The notes beneath the pieces were generated by a model. The model was not told the origin of the DNA. It was given only the letters and a program-made list of their open reading frames with translations, and made no database searches. The position numbers and the translations under genes were made by a program. This document shows positions 25,860-37,620 of a DNA stretch of 64,000 nucleotides, one piece after another (positions within the stretch are counted from its first letter, which is position 1; every line of letters starts with the position of its first letter). The DNA is taken from the NCBI GenBank assembly GCA_951406725.2, contig OX597817.1, forward strand, positions 139,686,001 to 139,750,000. Direction: 5' to 3'. Source of the DNA: Octopus vulgaris (lineage: Eukaryota).

Positions 25860-26308
25860 CATTTAATGTACACTGTATTAAAATAAGAGTTCCTAATAGT
25901 TTCCTGCCATTGAGGCATGTGGTTAAGGAGACTCCTATAATGTGCCTTGAGCCTGAAGATTGCTTGGAGACAGAAGGAATGCTATAAAGACCTGCCTGGA
26001 CCCATGTCTCCGATGCAAGAACCTATTTGTAGCTCACACCTGTAGAGTGTTACATTAAATGATATTTTTCACTGGATGGTGTACGCTTTTTGCTGAACCT
26101 AACTTAATAGAACAGTAAACTAAGTATATGATGTGTGTGTGTGTGTGTATATATATACACGTACACATTTATATATATATACATACTATAATGTCTTATT
26201 TCCTGTTGTCTGTCTGTCTGTTCTTCCCCATCTCCTCTTCCTCTGTCCAGTCTAATCCTGTAATAGAAACATCCAATTGTTTAATCAGGCTCCGTTTCCC
26301 ATTCACAG

Positions 26309-26384
26309 AAGCACGTGTAATTTGGTGCGGGAAGTTATTTCTGGTTCTTTACTCCAAGTTGGTATGGACGTTCTTGCTGATCCG
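26309..26384 (+). CDS. SNX14: SNX14 exon 10 (PSTCNLVREVISGSLLQVGMDVLADP)
   Basis: attcacag acceptor, CCG|gtaagt donor; LxRE...LADP PXA motif. Confidence 0.95.
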
Positions 26385-26629
26385 GTAAGTCTCGGATTTA
26401 AATAGATTTTTTTCCTACAAATAATTCCATTAGAGTTCAATTTTTAAGAGATGAGGAATTATTTACATTATTTACATTTGACAGATATTTGTCCTCATCT
26501 TGTTTGTTTTTAACACAATGTTTTGGCTGATATACATGCCTGCCTTCATCAAGTGTCTTGGGGAAATTTGGAACCTGGGTTCTCATTCCTAAGGTATTTT
26601 TCGATATTATTATTATTATTATTATTATT

Positions 26630-27136
26630 GAGTGAGAGAGCAGTTCATGCCATCAAAGTGACACTGGGGTAAAATATACGAAGCCCAATATACCCATCAT
26701 GACTACCCGTCTGATAAAGGTACACCAGGCACATGCATCACAACCATATGTGCACGACATGGTGATCTCATATCAAGATAAACAGCACATGACCTTGCAG
26801 GTGGGGCCCAGTTAGAATTTTCTTCAGGTTGAGTAACCCATCCCGCTCAAATGGTCCCTGAATAAGGGTTGTTTAAGGATGTTGAAAGAACCACCCATGT
26901 TTCCAGAGGTGAACTATTCAAACCCCAAAGAATCCCTCTCAACACATGGCCATGATGCTCCCCCACTACTTCTGCTCGTGATCAGATATGCACATATCGT
27001 CAGCCACGAAGGGACATGCTCAACTGGTTAAGGTCAAACAACTGACAGGCAAATCTGTAGTATTGAGCAGAATATTTGCTGTAGCCCATCTTTTATAGCC
27101 ATGAGAGCCACTGCCTGGTACTGCATCAGGGCATTT
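26630..27136. mobile_element. ~510-bp interspersed element, copy 1, in (ATT)n
   Basis: Direct repeat of 27170-27697; both ends abut ATT repeats; no TIR or ORF. Confidence 0.8.
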
Positions 27137-27169
27137 ATTATTATTATTATTATTATTATCATCATCATT

Positions 27170-27697
27170 GAGTGAGAGAGCAGTGCATGCCATCAAAGTG
27201 ACACTGGGGTTAAATATACGAAGCCCAGTATACCCATCATGATTACCCATCTGATAAGGGTACACCAGGTACATGCATCACAACCATATGTGTGCGGCAT
27301 GGTGATATATCAAGATAAACAGTGCATGACCTTGCAGGTAGGGCCCAGTTAGAATTTTCTTCTGGTCGAGTAGCCCATCCCGCTCAAAAGGTCCCTGAAT
27401 AAGGATTGTTTAAGGATGTTGAACGAAACACCCATGTTTCCAAAGGTGAATTATTCAAACCTCTAAGAGTTCCTTTCAACACATGGCTATAATGCTCCCT
27501 CACTACTTCTGCTCGTGATTAGAGATGCACATATCGTCAGTCACTAAGGGACATACTCAATTGGTTAAAGTCAAACAACTGACAAGCAAATCTGTGGTAT
27601 TGAGCAGAATATTTGCTGTAGCCCATCTTAACTGATCTTCCAATCAGTTAAGATCAGAAGCCATGAGAGCCACTGTCTGGTAATGCATCAGGGCATT
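27170..27697. mobile_element. ~510-bp interspersed element, copy 2, in (ATT)n
   Basis: Tandem direct copy of 26630-27136 with scattered substitutions and a local hairpin ATCTTAACTGAT-CTTCCA-ATCAGTTAAGAT. Confidence 0.8.
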
Positions 27698-27914
27698 ATT
27701 ATTATTATTATTATTGTTGTTGCTGTTGCTGCTCTTGTTGTTGTTGTTGTTGTTGTTCAGGTCACTGCATGGGCATATGGCGTAGTGGTTAAGAGCATAG
27801 GCTACTAGCCCCAAGATTCTGAGTTCGATTCCAGGCAGTCACCTGAATAATAATAATAATGATAATATTGAAAAATATCTTAGGAATGAGAACCCAGGTT
27901 CGAAATTTCTCCAA

Positions 27915-27960
27915 GACACCTGATGAAGGCTGGAGGATATATCAGCCAAAACGTTGTGTT
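27915..27960 (+). ncRNA. Minimal type I hammerhead ribozyme motif (G12>A in this copy)
   Basis: GACAC-CTGATGA-A-GGCTG..CAGCC-AAAAC-GTT-GTGTT; the consensus over four arms restores GAAAC. Confidence 0.7.
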
Positions 27961-29444
27961 AACAAGAAACAAGATGAGGACAAATATCCGCAAATGTAAA
28001 TAATTCCAATTTGTCTGGTTTCTACTAATTGGAAACCTTTCTGATGTAGCAACACCTCTAAAATAATTCCACGTGAAAAATTTAATTTTCAACTCAAAGT
28101 AAAAAAATGTCATTCTCTTCTTGTCACCATGACTACCATATTGGTTTTTCTGAGAATATTCCTCAACTGGTTTAAAAAGAAGGTATAGCAATTGGATCGG
28201 TGACCTTTCCTCGTGCCTGTGTTTGTGTCTGCTTCATAATTTAAATTTGTTTATGTTTTCATGTGTAGCATTTATCATTTGAGTGGTTGACCTAATACAA
28301 TGCCCAGTTGAACACCACCACATCCAACACCATCACCTGGTCCTTGGATGGTTGACCTAACACACCACCACCTGGTCCTTTATGCGCATTTAGTTGAGAT
28401 TCCTCAGTTGTAAGCATTCGAAGCTGATCCCTGGGTCCTTTATTACTCATATCATTCCTGTTGATATTAATCGGCAGATTTTCAGGTTGGTCTACCACCA
28501 TGAATCATTTTCAGCTGAGTCCAGTCTTTTAGAGCCATTTAGATCAGGTCTCTAACCTGAGGGTAAGCCACAAGTTGTGTTTTATCCCTGTCTTTCCCTA
28601 CCAATCTGAAATTCTCTTAGACACTCTTCTGCCACTCACCATCATCATTTGGTGCCTGTTTTCCAGTTTGACAGGAGCTGGTGAATCAGAGGAATGTGCC
28701 AAATTTCAGCGTCTGCTTTGGCATCATTTCTCTGGCTGGATGGCTTTCCTAATTCCAACCACTCTACAGAGTGTGTTGGATACATTTTACGTGGCATCTC
28801 TACCAGTGCGGTCACCAAGTAACTTGCAGGACAAGAAGTTTCTGCTACATGTCGGGTAATATTGAGGGAGGTGGCTTAATGCCCCCATGCTGAGAGGTTT
28901 ACAGTATGATAAAGGGACAAGAACAGGCGTCTTGCTGTGGGGGAGAAACCCCACAGTAGACATGCAGCATGCTGTGTTGGGTATGGTTTGTTACATCATC
29001 GTTTAACCATCATTGTTTAATGTCCGTTTTCCATGCTAGCATGGGTTGGATGATTGACTGAGGGCTAGCAAACCAGATGGCTGCACCAGGCCTCAATCTT
29101 GATCTGGCAGTGTCTCTACAGCTGGATGTCCTTCCTAATGCAAACCACTCCGAGAGTGTAGTGGGTGCTTTTACGTACCACCAGCACGGGGGCCAGTCAG
29201 GCGGCACTGGCAACGACCTTGCTCGAATCTTTTACACATGCCACCGGCACGGGTGCCAGTAAGGTGATGCTGGTAACGATCACACTCGAATGGTGTCTTT
29301 TACGTGCCACCGGCACGGAAGCCAGTTAGCCGCTCTAGGAAAAAATTATGAAGTGCTGATGGTGATTAGCAATAACCAGTGAAATATTTATATATCTTAA
29401 CATTGCAGTGTAATGTTATTGTTATTATTGATTTTATTTTTCAG

Positions 29445-29489
29445 GACAATGTGAACAATCTGATATTGGTTTTCCTGGACAACACCCCA
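29445..29489 (+). CDS. SNX14: SNX14 exon 11 (DNVNNLILVFLDNTP)
   Basis: tttttcag acceptor, gtaagt donor; end of PXA. Confidence 0.94.
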
Positions 29490-29529
29490 GTAAGTAGATT
29501 CTCTCTATTCTAGACATTATGGTAGCAGA

Positions 29530-32445
29530 GTAGAAAATCCAGCTCCAAAAAAAGCCTCATGATAGCAAAGGAGAATGGGCACCAGCCAGCTCAAAGGTTG
29601 GGGTGGGCTGCACCTGCCTACCTCAAAAAGGAAGGTGCAAACCTTCATCCTGGGTTGCACAAGTATGTCTTGCCTTATGATGGCTGACAGCCTGAGGAGA
29701 AGCTTGGGGTGAGGTTGGGAAGTTGGAATGTGGGCAGTCTGTGTGGAAGGGGAACTGAGGTGTGTGAGGAATCGAGGAAGAGGAGGGTGGATATGAGCTG
29801 CGTGCTGGAGGCTAGGTGGAGGGGCCAAGGTGCAAGATATATAAGGGTCAAAGGAAGAAGGTACAAGTTGTGGTGGTCAGGAAATGGCAAGGGGACTGGA
29901 GGTGTGGGAGTTTTGGTGAAGAAAGACATCTGTGAGAAGGTGGTGGCGGTTAGGAGAAAGAGTGACAGGGTGATGACAGTAGTGTTAGTAGTTGAGGAAG
30001 ATGTGGTGAGGGTGATTTGTGGGTGTGGTCTGCAAAGTGGAAGAGGGATCGCTGAGAAAGAGCAGTTCTTTGATGAAATGGCAAATAAGTGGGACTTACA
30101 AAAGGTAGATGAATTGATTTGGGGCATGGGTGATTTTAATGGATATGTTGGGAAATGGATCCAGGGCTTTGAGGGTGTGCATGGGGGAAATGGAATTGGG
30201 GAGAGAAATTTGGAAGGAAGGATGCTGTTGGAGTTTTGTGATGAGAAAGAGTTGTATGTGGTGAACATGTGGTTTAAGAAAACAGAGAAAAGGAAGGTGA
30301 CTTTCAGTGCAGGAGGGAATGAGACAGAGATTGATTTTGTGTTGGTTGGCAGTAAAAACAGAAAGTATCTGAGAAATGTGAAGACAATACCAGTGGGAAT
30401 TGCAGCACAGGTTGGTGGTTGCTGACTTGGATAAGAGGGAATTTAAAAAGTGTGTGAGAAAGGGAACGGTTGAAAGGAGAAAGGTGTAGAAACTGAAGGA
30501 AGAATAAACAAGAGCAAGGCTTGAGGAAAGAGTTGGGGAGTTGGTAAGCACTGATGCACTGGATTTGTGGAAGCCTTTGAAAGAAGGGGTACTAAAGGCA
30601 TGTGACAAAGTGTGTGGAAGGATGAAAGGTAAGAGAGATTGAGGAGCTACATGATGGTGGAATGAGGAGGTGAGGGATGCGATAGCGAGGAAGGAGGAGG
30701 CACACAAAGTTTTATGTAATAATAGGACTGAGCAAATGAAAGCCAGGTATAATAACATGAAGAATCGTGCAAAGAGAGTGGTTGCAAGATCTATGTGGAA
30801 GGAGGCTGAGGAGAAGTTGAGTGGGCTGGATGAGAACCCAGATAGAGTGTTTAGGTTTGTTAAATCAATGAAAAATTATGGAAGAGATGTTGAGGGAGGA
30901 AGATGCATGAGGGGGAGTGATGGAAGGTTGAATTTTAGTGAGCATATGGAGGGAATTATGAATGAGGAGAATGAATGGGATCAGAGGGTAGAAGTTGCTG
31001 TGGTGACGGGGCCAGTGGAGAGGGTTAGTTGGGAAGAAGTAGTAGAGGCAATGAAGGAAAGGAAAATAGGAAAGGCAGCTGGTCCAGCAGAAGTAAGTAT
31101 GGAAATGATAACTGCAAGTGGAGAGATAGGGATTGCTGTGATGATGGAGATCTGCCAAGACGTGCAGGATGGAAGAGGACTGCTAGATGATTGGGCACTA
31201 AGTGTGGTGGTACCGATCTCCTAGGAAAGGGGGATGCGATGAGTTGTGGGGTGTATAGGGGAGTGAAGTTATTGGAGCATGCAAGGAAGATAGTGGAAAG
31301 GGAGTTGGAGAGGAGAATTTGGAAAGAGGTGGATGTGGACGAGATACAATTTGGTCTTATGCCAGGAAGGGGGACAATAGATGCAGTATCCATTGTAAGG
31401 AGATTGCAAGAGGAGTACTGAGATAAGGAGTTGATCTGGAGAAGGCATTTGATAGGGTTCCAAGAAAGGTGATTGGGTGGGCATTGAGGAAGAGAGGTGT
31501 ATTGGAGATAATAGTGAGGGCAATGATGAGTTTGTATGAGGGGGTAAAGACAAGAGTGAGGATTGGATCAGAGCTTGCGGAGGAGTTTGTGGTGAAAGTT
31601 GGTGTGCATCAGGGATCTGTGTTGTCACCGGTGTTTGCAATAGTGGTTGATGCGGTAACGGTGAGTGCAAGAGAGGGATTGGTAATGGAGATACTGCATG
31701 TGGATGGCCTTGTTCTGACGAATGAGACGGAGGGATTGAGGGAGAAGTTTTTGAAATAGAAGGAGGCATTTGAAAGCAAGGGTTTGAAGATAAACCTCGG
31801 GAAGACAGTGATGGTGAGCGGGGTGGATGTAAGTGGTGGATGTGAAGCAGCTGTGACAGCAAGAGTGAGACTTGGCTGGGTGAAGTTCAGGAAATGTGGA
31901 GCATTGTTATATGGGAAAAGGTTCTCATTGAAGATGAAAAGAAGGGTCGATAGGAGTTGTGTGAGAGCTTCAATGCTGTTTGGGAGGGAGTGAGACAGGG
32001 TGTCTGAGGGAGAGAGAGAGAGATGGTAATTTTGAGAAGGACTGAGAGAGCAATGCAGTGTTGCGTACGAGATGTGAGAAATGGATTCATGGTAGATGAG
32101 AGAAATGTGTGGGGTGAAGCTGTTTGATAAGAGGAGGACTGAAGATTTGATGGGGATGCTGGGGTTGGAATAATTGGTGGAATGGCTGGCAAGGGTGAAT
32201 GGAGTGTGGTGGTATGGGCATGTTTTGAGAAGGGATGAAGAGCATGTCCTGAGGAGGGTGATTGCATTTGAGGTAAATGGAGTGTGAAAGCGAGGTAGAC
32301 CAAGGGGAAAGGGAAGGGAACAGGTGGAAGGGGAGATTGGGAGGATTAGCTTGAGAAGGGAAGACACCCAAATGCTATGGTAGTGTGGTAGATCCAGCCA
32401 CCCCCGTTAATGGGGACAAAATCTGGATTTAAAACACTAGATGAA
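29530..32445 (+). mobile_element. Near full-length degenerate RTE LINE (APE endonuclease + RT), second family
   Basis: RLGSWNVGSL, EARW, GVGVLV, GDFNGYVG, EIDFVLV (APE); YRGVKLL, QFGLMPGRGTIDA, VGVHQGSVLSP, RLGWVKFR, WYGHVLRR, RGRPR (RT and C-terminus); many stops and frameshifts. Confidence 0.95.
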
Positions 32446-33587
32446 GGAGAAGAAGGGAGATGATGGGTAAAAGAGAGGACAGAAGCAGAAGGGAAAATGG
32501 CATCAGGACAGGACAGAAATAATCTAATCTTTTGTTAAGTGTGTGGCCATTCCTACGTAATGTGATGAAGATTTAAAATTGTTTAAAACCATTGAGTTAT
32601 GTCCCTTCTCTTTAGTTTTGCTTCTCTCTCTCTCTCTCTCTCTGGCAAAATGAACCACTTCCTGTTCACTGCCGAGTTGCATCAGGACATAAAACTGGAG
32701 GAGAAACAATTCATCAACTTGCATTATGTAAACAAATAAAAGTCAAGAGAAATTTATGTACAATTTCTAAATGTTAAAATTTTATTTAAATATAAAAAAA
32801 TTTGGCTACTAATTTTCTCTGTTTTTCTTCCTATACTCCAAATTTAATAAATAATGAAGTGAATTGCTTGTCTTGTAATATAAACAGTTTAAACAAAAAA
32901 GAAAAAAAAAATTCAGCTGGTTTTTACTTTGACGACCCTACTGGTGCTGCATAAAAAGCACCCTTTGTACACTCTATAAAGTGGTTGGCATTAGGGAAAG
33001 CATCCAGCTGTAGTAACGATGACATAACAGGCAATGGAGCCTGGTACAGCTGCCAACATTGCCAGCTCTGGTCAAACTGTCCAGTCCAGGCTAGTATGGA
33101 AAATGGACAGTTTGACCGGAGCTGGCAATGGATTAAATACTGATGAGTTTCCAGTTGATAGAACTTTGAGGGCTGATAAATCAAAGAAGACATTGTATAT
33201 GATTTGTACTGGGTTATATATCAGACCCTAGTAGGCTATGGTAGGGCCAAAACCTTTTAAAAAAGACTTCTGTAACTCATAACTGTTGGATCATTGAAAT
33301 TAAATTACCCTCTAAAGGTATCCTTCTCAATCAAACAATCTGCTACAAGTTCCACAGCTCTTTAATCAAGTATATGTAGCAAAATTAGCAAGTGCTGAAG
33401 TCTAGGAACAGGAATTATTACAAAAATTAGGGAGTGCACACCTAAAATCCAAAACTATGAGGAGAAGGCTTTTATTAAATTGTGAGAAAGAAAGAAATGT
33501 TGATATGATTTGATTGGTTTTAATAGTTTTTCTAACTTTAACTGATTGAATGTTATCAAATATAAAAGTGACATACATCATTATTAA

Positions 33588-33804
33588 CCCTTCTGATAGC
33601 AACCTACCCAGGACCACCCCTACTTTTGAGGATACAAGCTTCCTGTTTTAAAGTTATCTAAATTAAAAGCTTCTATCAACATTTCATGTTACTTTAGGTT
33701 TCAAACCCCATCTTAATACTGATAAGTATTTTACCAAATTCCTTATTTTCAAAATCTCTTGGAATAAAGGCAGTGTATTTCCACAGAATCTATTAATGAA
33801 AGGG
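33588..33804. mobile_element. piggyBac-like MITE, family 2
   Basis: TTAA|CCCTT...AAGGG|TTAA. Confidence 0.8.
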
Positions 33805-33842
33805 TTAAAACAATGAAATATATTTTTGATTTATTATTTCAG

Positions 33843-33923
33843 CCTCCCATAGTTACAAAACCTCCAACAGAAGAGGTCCCATTTTTAACAGACTTGGCTG
33901 ATGTTCAAGTTAAGAACACATCA
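33843..33923 (+). CDS. SNX14: SNX14 exon 12 (PPIVTKPPTEEVPFLTDLADVQVKNTS)
   Basis: tttcag acceptor, gtaagt donor; VPFL linker motif. Confidence 0.93.
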
Positions 33924-34125
33924 GTAAGTATTGTTTTGGTTTCAATATTTTTTCAAAACTTAAGCATCTACCATTTTCCCCAAAGTTTCACTACAACAAT
34001 GACTATGGAATGGCAGCAAATCTGAAAGAACTTTTCTTTTCATCTCAAGTAAGAAAATATCATTAAACCTCATTTCACTTTAGATTAAGTTTCTGATTAA
34101 GTACACCTACGACCAACAAGGTTCT

Positions 34126-35165
34126 GGTTGTACCCCGTCTTTCGTATTGATACGAGTAGGTCAATCCGTGAACAACTGTTTTGACCTACTTTGCTTAGGG
34201 TGTAGTCTGGAAGTCTACAATCTAAAGTTATTGTCCTTTGTTCTGTCAGATTCACGAAAGAGTGATGGCTTTTGGAAAGACCCCTACCCTTTTCCCGGTC
34301 AGGGAAGGGTCAAGGAAACTACCCTATAAAAAAGCAGGAGCTGTGAGTCTGTTAATCAGTTCAGCCAGAGAAATTGAGGTGGTAACAAGGCAGATGGGAT
34401 TACGAAGGAAGTGGTCAGTTGAGAAAGACAGACACACAATCTGAGAGATGACAGGTGAGAGGGTGACAGTGACAACGTTGAGAAAGACAGACACAGAGGA
34501 CTGAGAGCGAAGGAGGGATTACGGTGGATAGAAGGCACGGCTATTATAGTAGGAATTGAAACGGTATGTGTTGTTGAATTGATGTATTTTGGTTTTATTG
34601 ATGTTGAAATGTAAAAGAGTTGATGTGCTGGAAAAAGAGATCATAAAGGACATTGTGAATTAAGTAAAAGAAAGAACAGTGCTAAAGGGATTATAACGAA
34701 CAATGTGAATTGTGAATTGTGTTGATACGTGATGTGTTTACTTATGTTTAGATTAGTGAAAAAAGAAGAGAAAGACTTTAAAAGAACTCTGAACTGTATC
34801 GTTAATGTGTACGTTATTTGAACTGTTTAAATGTTTTGATTTGTTGTTTTCTTTAAATGTATACCTGATGTGTCGTTGTTTTGATTCGATCTGAACTTAT
34901 TTGTCTATGAACTGTATAATTGTATAAACTGTTGTTAAATGTAGCCAATTGCCTTCCGCCGTCTCTCTTTGTGTCTCTTCCTACTACTGTTGTTGTTGTT
35001 TGGTATCTCCGGTCGCTGGTTTCGCTGCTGCCATTCTTCCCTACCGAATTCTCTCCTTTCCGTGGTGAACTTTCCCCGATCGATTGAGCCGGTCAATCAT
35101 CGTCGCTTGACTTGGTAGGGTCCCAGGTTTTTCCCGAAGAGTTTGAGCGACGGCAGGTTCATAAC
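34126..35165 (+). mobile_element. Possible solo LTR or other ~1-kb insertion
   Basis: CpG-retaining block with distinct composition, TATA-like CCTATAAAAA at ~34322, ends ...CATAACA; no TSD found. Confidence 0.35.
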
Positions 35166-35699
35166 AGTATCAAGGACTACATTAGTCAATGTAAATTTTT
35201 TTTTTTTTGTAAGATAAGGTGTGATACCAGGGTGAGGTGTCTGCCATATCAAGCAGATTTGAATCTCCCGAAGGGAGACTTCCCTTGGTCTTCCACTTCT
35301 GGATCTGCTTTCAAAGTTTTCTTGTTCAGCCTTTTAATCGTTCTAACAGCTGTTGTATGGTGACATTTTTGTTGAGAGGCTGTGGCTCAGCATGATAATC
35401 TTTTCATTATGAAGAGCAATGATTTGTGCACAGACTTCAAAAGAAAGTTCACTATTCTGTCCCATTCTGCAAAATAAACATTTAGATTTAGAAAATGTTT
35501 ACATATGCATAGCAAGGATGCAAAAAGATAATAAATTTATGCAAAAGGGTTTTAACTATTAATGGATAATATGCAAAAAAAGAAATGCAATTGCTCTCTA
35601 GCAAAGAAAAGCTTATGGGAATGTACTGCACTTGTACAATGCAATGCCCACAGCATTCCTTGTAAGAGTTGCACAAATGTAAAATGTACAAAAATGGTG

Positions 35700-36253
35700 C
35701 AGAGAGCACTTTCGCAGTTTTTGGGACAATGATTTTTGGCTTCCCTCAAACCCAGACATCAAGCCAATGGATTTTTCTGCCTGGACTCTCTTAAAGAGAG
35801 ATGTCTCAGCTATCTCATACTCAAGTGGATCTGAAAGAAGCTCTTCTTACTTGTGTGGCGCTGTTGCAGTTCAGCAACCACTTGTTTGCAGACCCTGATC
35901 AAAGCAAGAGGTGGTCATTTTGAAATCTGATTCTTGTATTACATAGGTAAAACATAATTCGTATAATTTAGGAAGTTTGATTGTTTTCTGGGCGAAATGT
36001 TTAGCAGTATTTCGTCTGTCGTTACATTCTGAGTTCAAATTCCTCCGAAGTCGACTTTACCTTTCATCCTTTCGGGGTCGATTAAATAAGTACCAGTCAC
36101 GCACTGGGGTCGATATAATCGACTTAATCCGTTTGTCTGTCCTTGTTTGTCCCCTCTATGTTTAGCCCCTTGTGGGTAGTAAAGAAATATATATATATAT
36201 ATAATGATTAATTACAAAGAAATCTGATTGGTAGATTTTTCTGGGACACCCTG
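35700..36253 (+). mobile_element. Tc1/mariner-superfamily (maT/DD37D-like) 3' fragment with right TIR; SINE inserted at 35988-36189
   Basis: FWLPSNPDIKPMDFSAW motif, LIKARGGHFEI* terminus, right end ...GGACACCCTG|TA. Confidence 0.75.
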
Positions 36254-36290
36254 TACGACATTTCACATATTTCTTTCTCCTCTTTTGCAG

Positions 36291-36405
36291 TGTTTACATC
36301 TTGAACTCGCAGACATCATGTCTCAAACTGACCTCTTGTATACTTTTATGCAATTTATGAAGTCTGAAGCTGCTGTTAGTGTTTTGCAATTCTGCCTGGC
36401 TTGTG
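36291..36405 (+). CDS. SNX14: SNX14 exon 13 (CLHLELADIMSQTDLLYTFMQFMKSEAAVSVLQFCLAC; RGS start)
   Basis: Long pyrimidine tract + gcag, G|gtaagc donor; RGS-domain motif. Confidence 0.96.
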
Positions 36406-37134
36406 GTAAGCATCTCTCTCTCTCTTATTATTGTTAAGGCAGTGAGTTGGCAGACTCATTAGCATGCTGGATGAAACATAAAAGCACCAACCGATCGTGG
36501 CTGTTTGCCAGCCTCCCCTGGCCCCTGTGCCAGTGACACGTAAAAAACACCCACTACACTCTTGGAGTGGTTGGCGTTAGGAAGGGCATCCAGCTGTAGA
36601 AACACTGCCAAATCAAACTGGAGCCTGGTGCAGCCTCCATGGCTTCCAAACTCCGATCGAACCGTCCAACCCATGCTAGCGTAGAAAACAGATGTTAAAT
36701 GATGATGATGATTTTGCCTATCGCTATGTTCTGAGTTCGAATTCTGCTGGGGTCGACTTTGCCTTTCATCCTTTCAGGGTTGATAAAATAAGTACCAGTT
36801 AAGTACTGGGGTTTGGTGTAATCAATTTATCCCCACCCCCTGAAATTACTAGCCTTGTACCAAAATTTGAAATCATTATTGTTTTCATTGTTAAAGCAAC
36901 GAGCTGGCAGAATCGTTAGCATGCTGGACGAAATACTTAACAGTATTTCATTTGCTGCTACATTCTGAGTTCAAATTCTGCTGAGGGTGACTTTGCTTTC
37001 CATCCTTTCGGAGTTGACAAATTAAGTACCAGTTGCATACTGAGGTTAATCTCATCAACTGGCCCCTCCTCTAAATTTCAGGCCTTGTGCCTAGAGTAGA
37101 AAGGGTTATTGTTGTTGTTGTTATTATTATTTTA

Positions 37135-37492
37135 GATGTGGATTGTGAGTGCATTGAGGAGATCCCCTTCGGTCATGACTGACCATGGGATTGCACCTAG
37201 AAAGTTCCCCTCCCAGGCACAAGTCTGGGGAAGGTTGTTTATGGAAGGCCAGCAGTCACCCATGCATACCAGTCTTCCCTCTTCGTGCCACCGATGTTAT
37301 CCAAGGGAAAGGCAAAGGGGCCAATACAGCTTGGCACCAGTGATGTCGCAACTCATTCCTACAGCTGAGTGAACTAGAGCAACGTGAAATAAAGTGTCTT
37401 GCTCAAGAACACAACACAGCCTAATCTGGGAATCGAACTCACAACCTCACGACCGTAAGCTCGATGCTCTAACCACTGAGCCATGTGCCTCC
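37135..37492 (-). mobile_element. tRNA-derived CORE-type SINE, family C
   Basis: Minus head GGAGGCACATGGCTCAGTGGTTAGAGC...GAGTTCGATTCC, CORE-like TTCTTGAGCAAGACACTTTA; partial copy at ~10300-10420. Confidence 0.82.
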
Positions 37493-37535
37493 ACTAAGTT
37501 GACAGAAAATGTAGGAAGGAGGCATAGTGAGTGTA

Positions 37536-37620
<85 letters not shown>

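Larger units (their letters stand above)
26431..27997. mobile_element. Head-to-head palindrome of a tRNA-headed, hammerhead-bearing element (Penelope-like architecture); contains two nested ~510-bp elements
   Basis: Arms 26431-26605 and ~27860-27997 are reverse complements. tRNA head at 27771-27835 (A box TGGCGTAGTGG, B box GAGTTCGATTCC). Hammerhead motifs at 26512-26557(-) and 27915-27960(+). Confidence 0.8.

Noticed and set aside
29517-32371. Many 100-250 aa minus-strand ORFs
   Set aside because: Antisense shadows of the purine-rich RTE LINE on the + strand.
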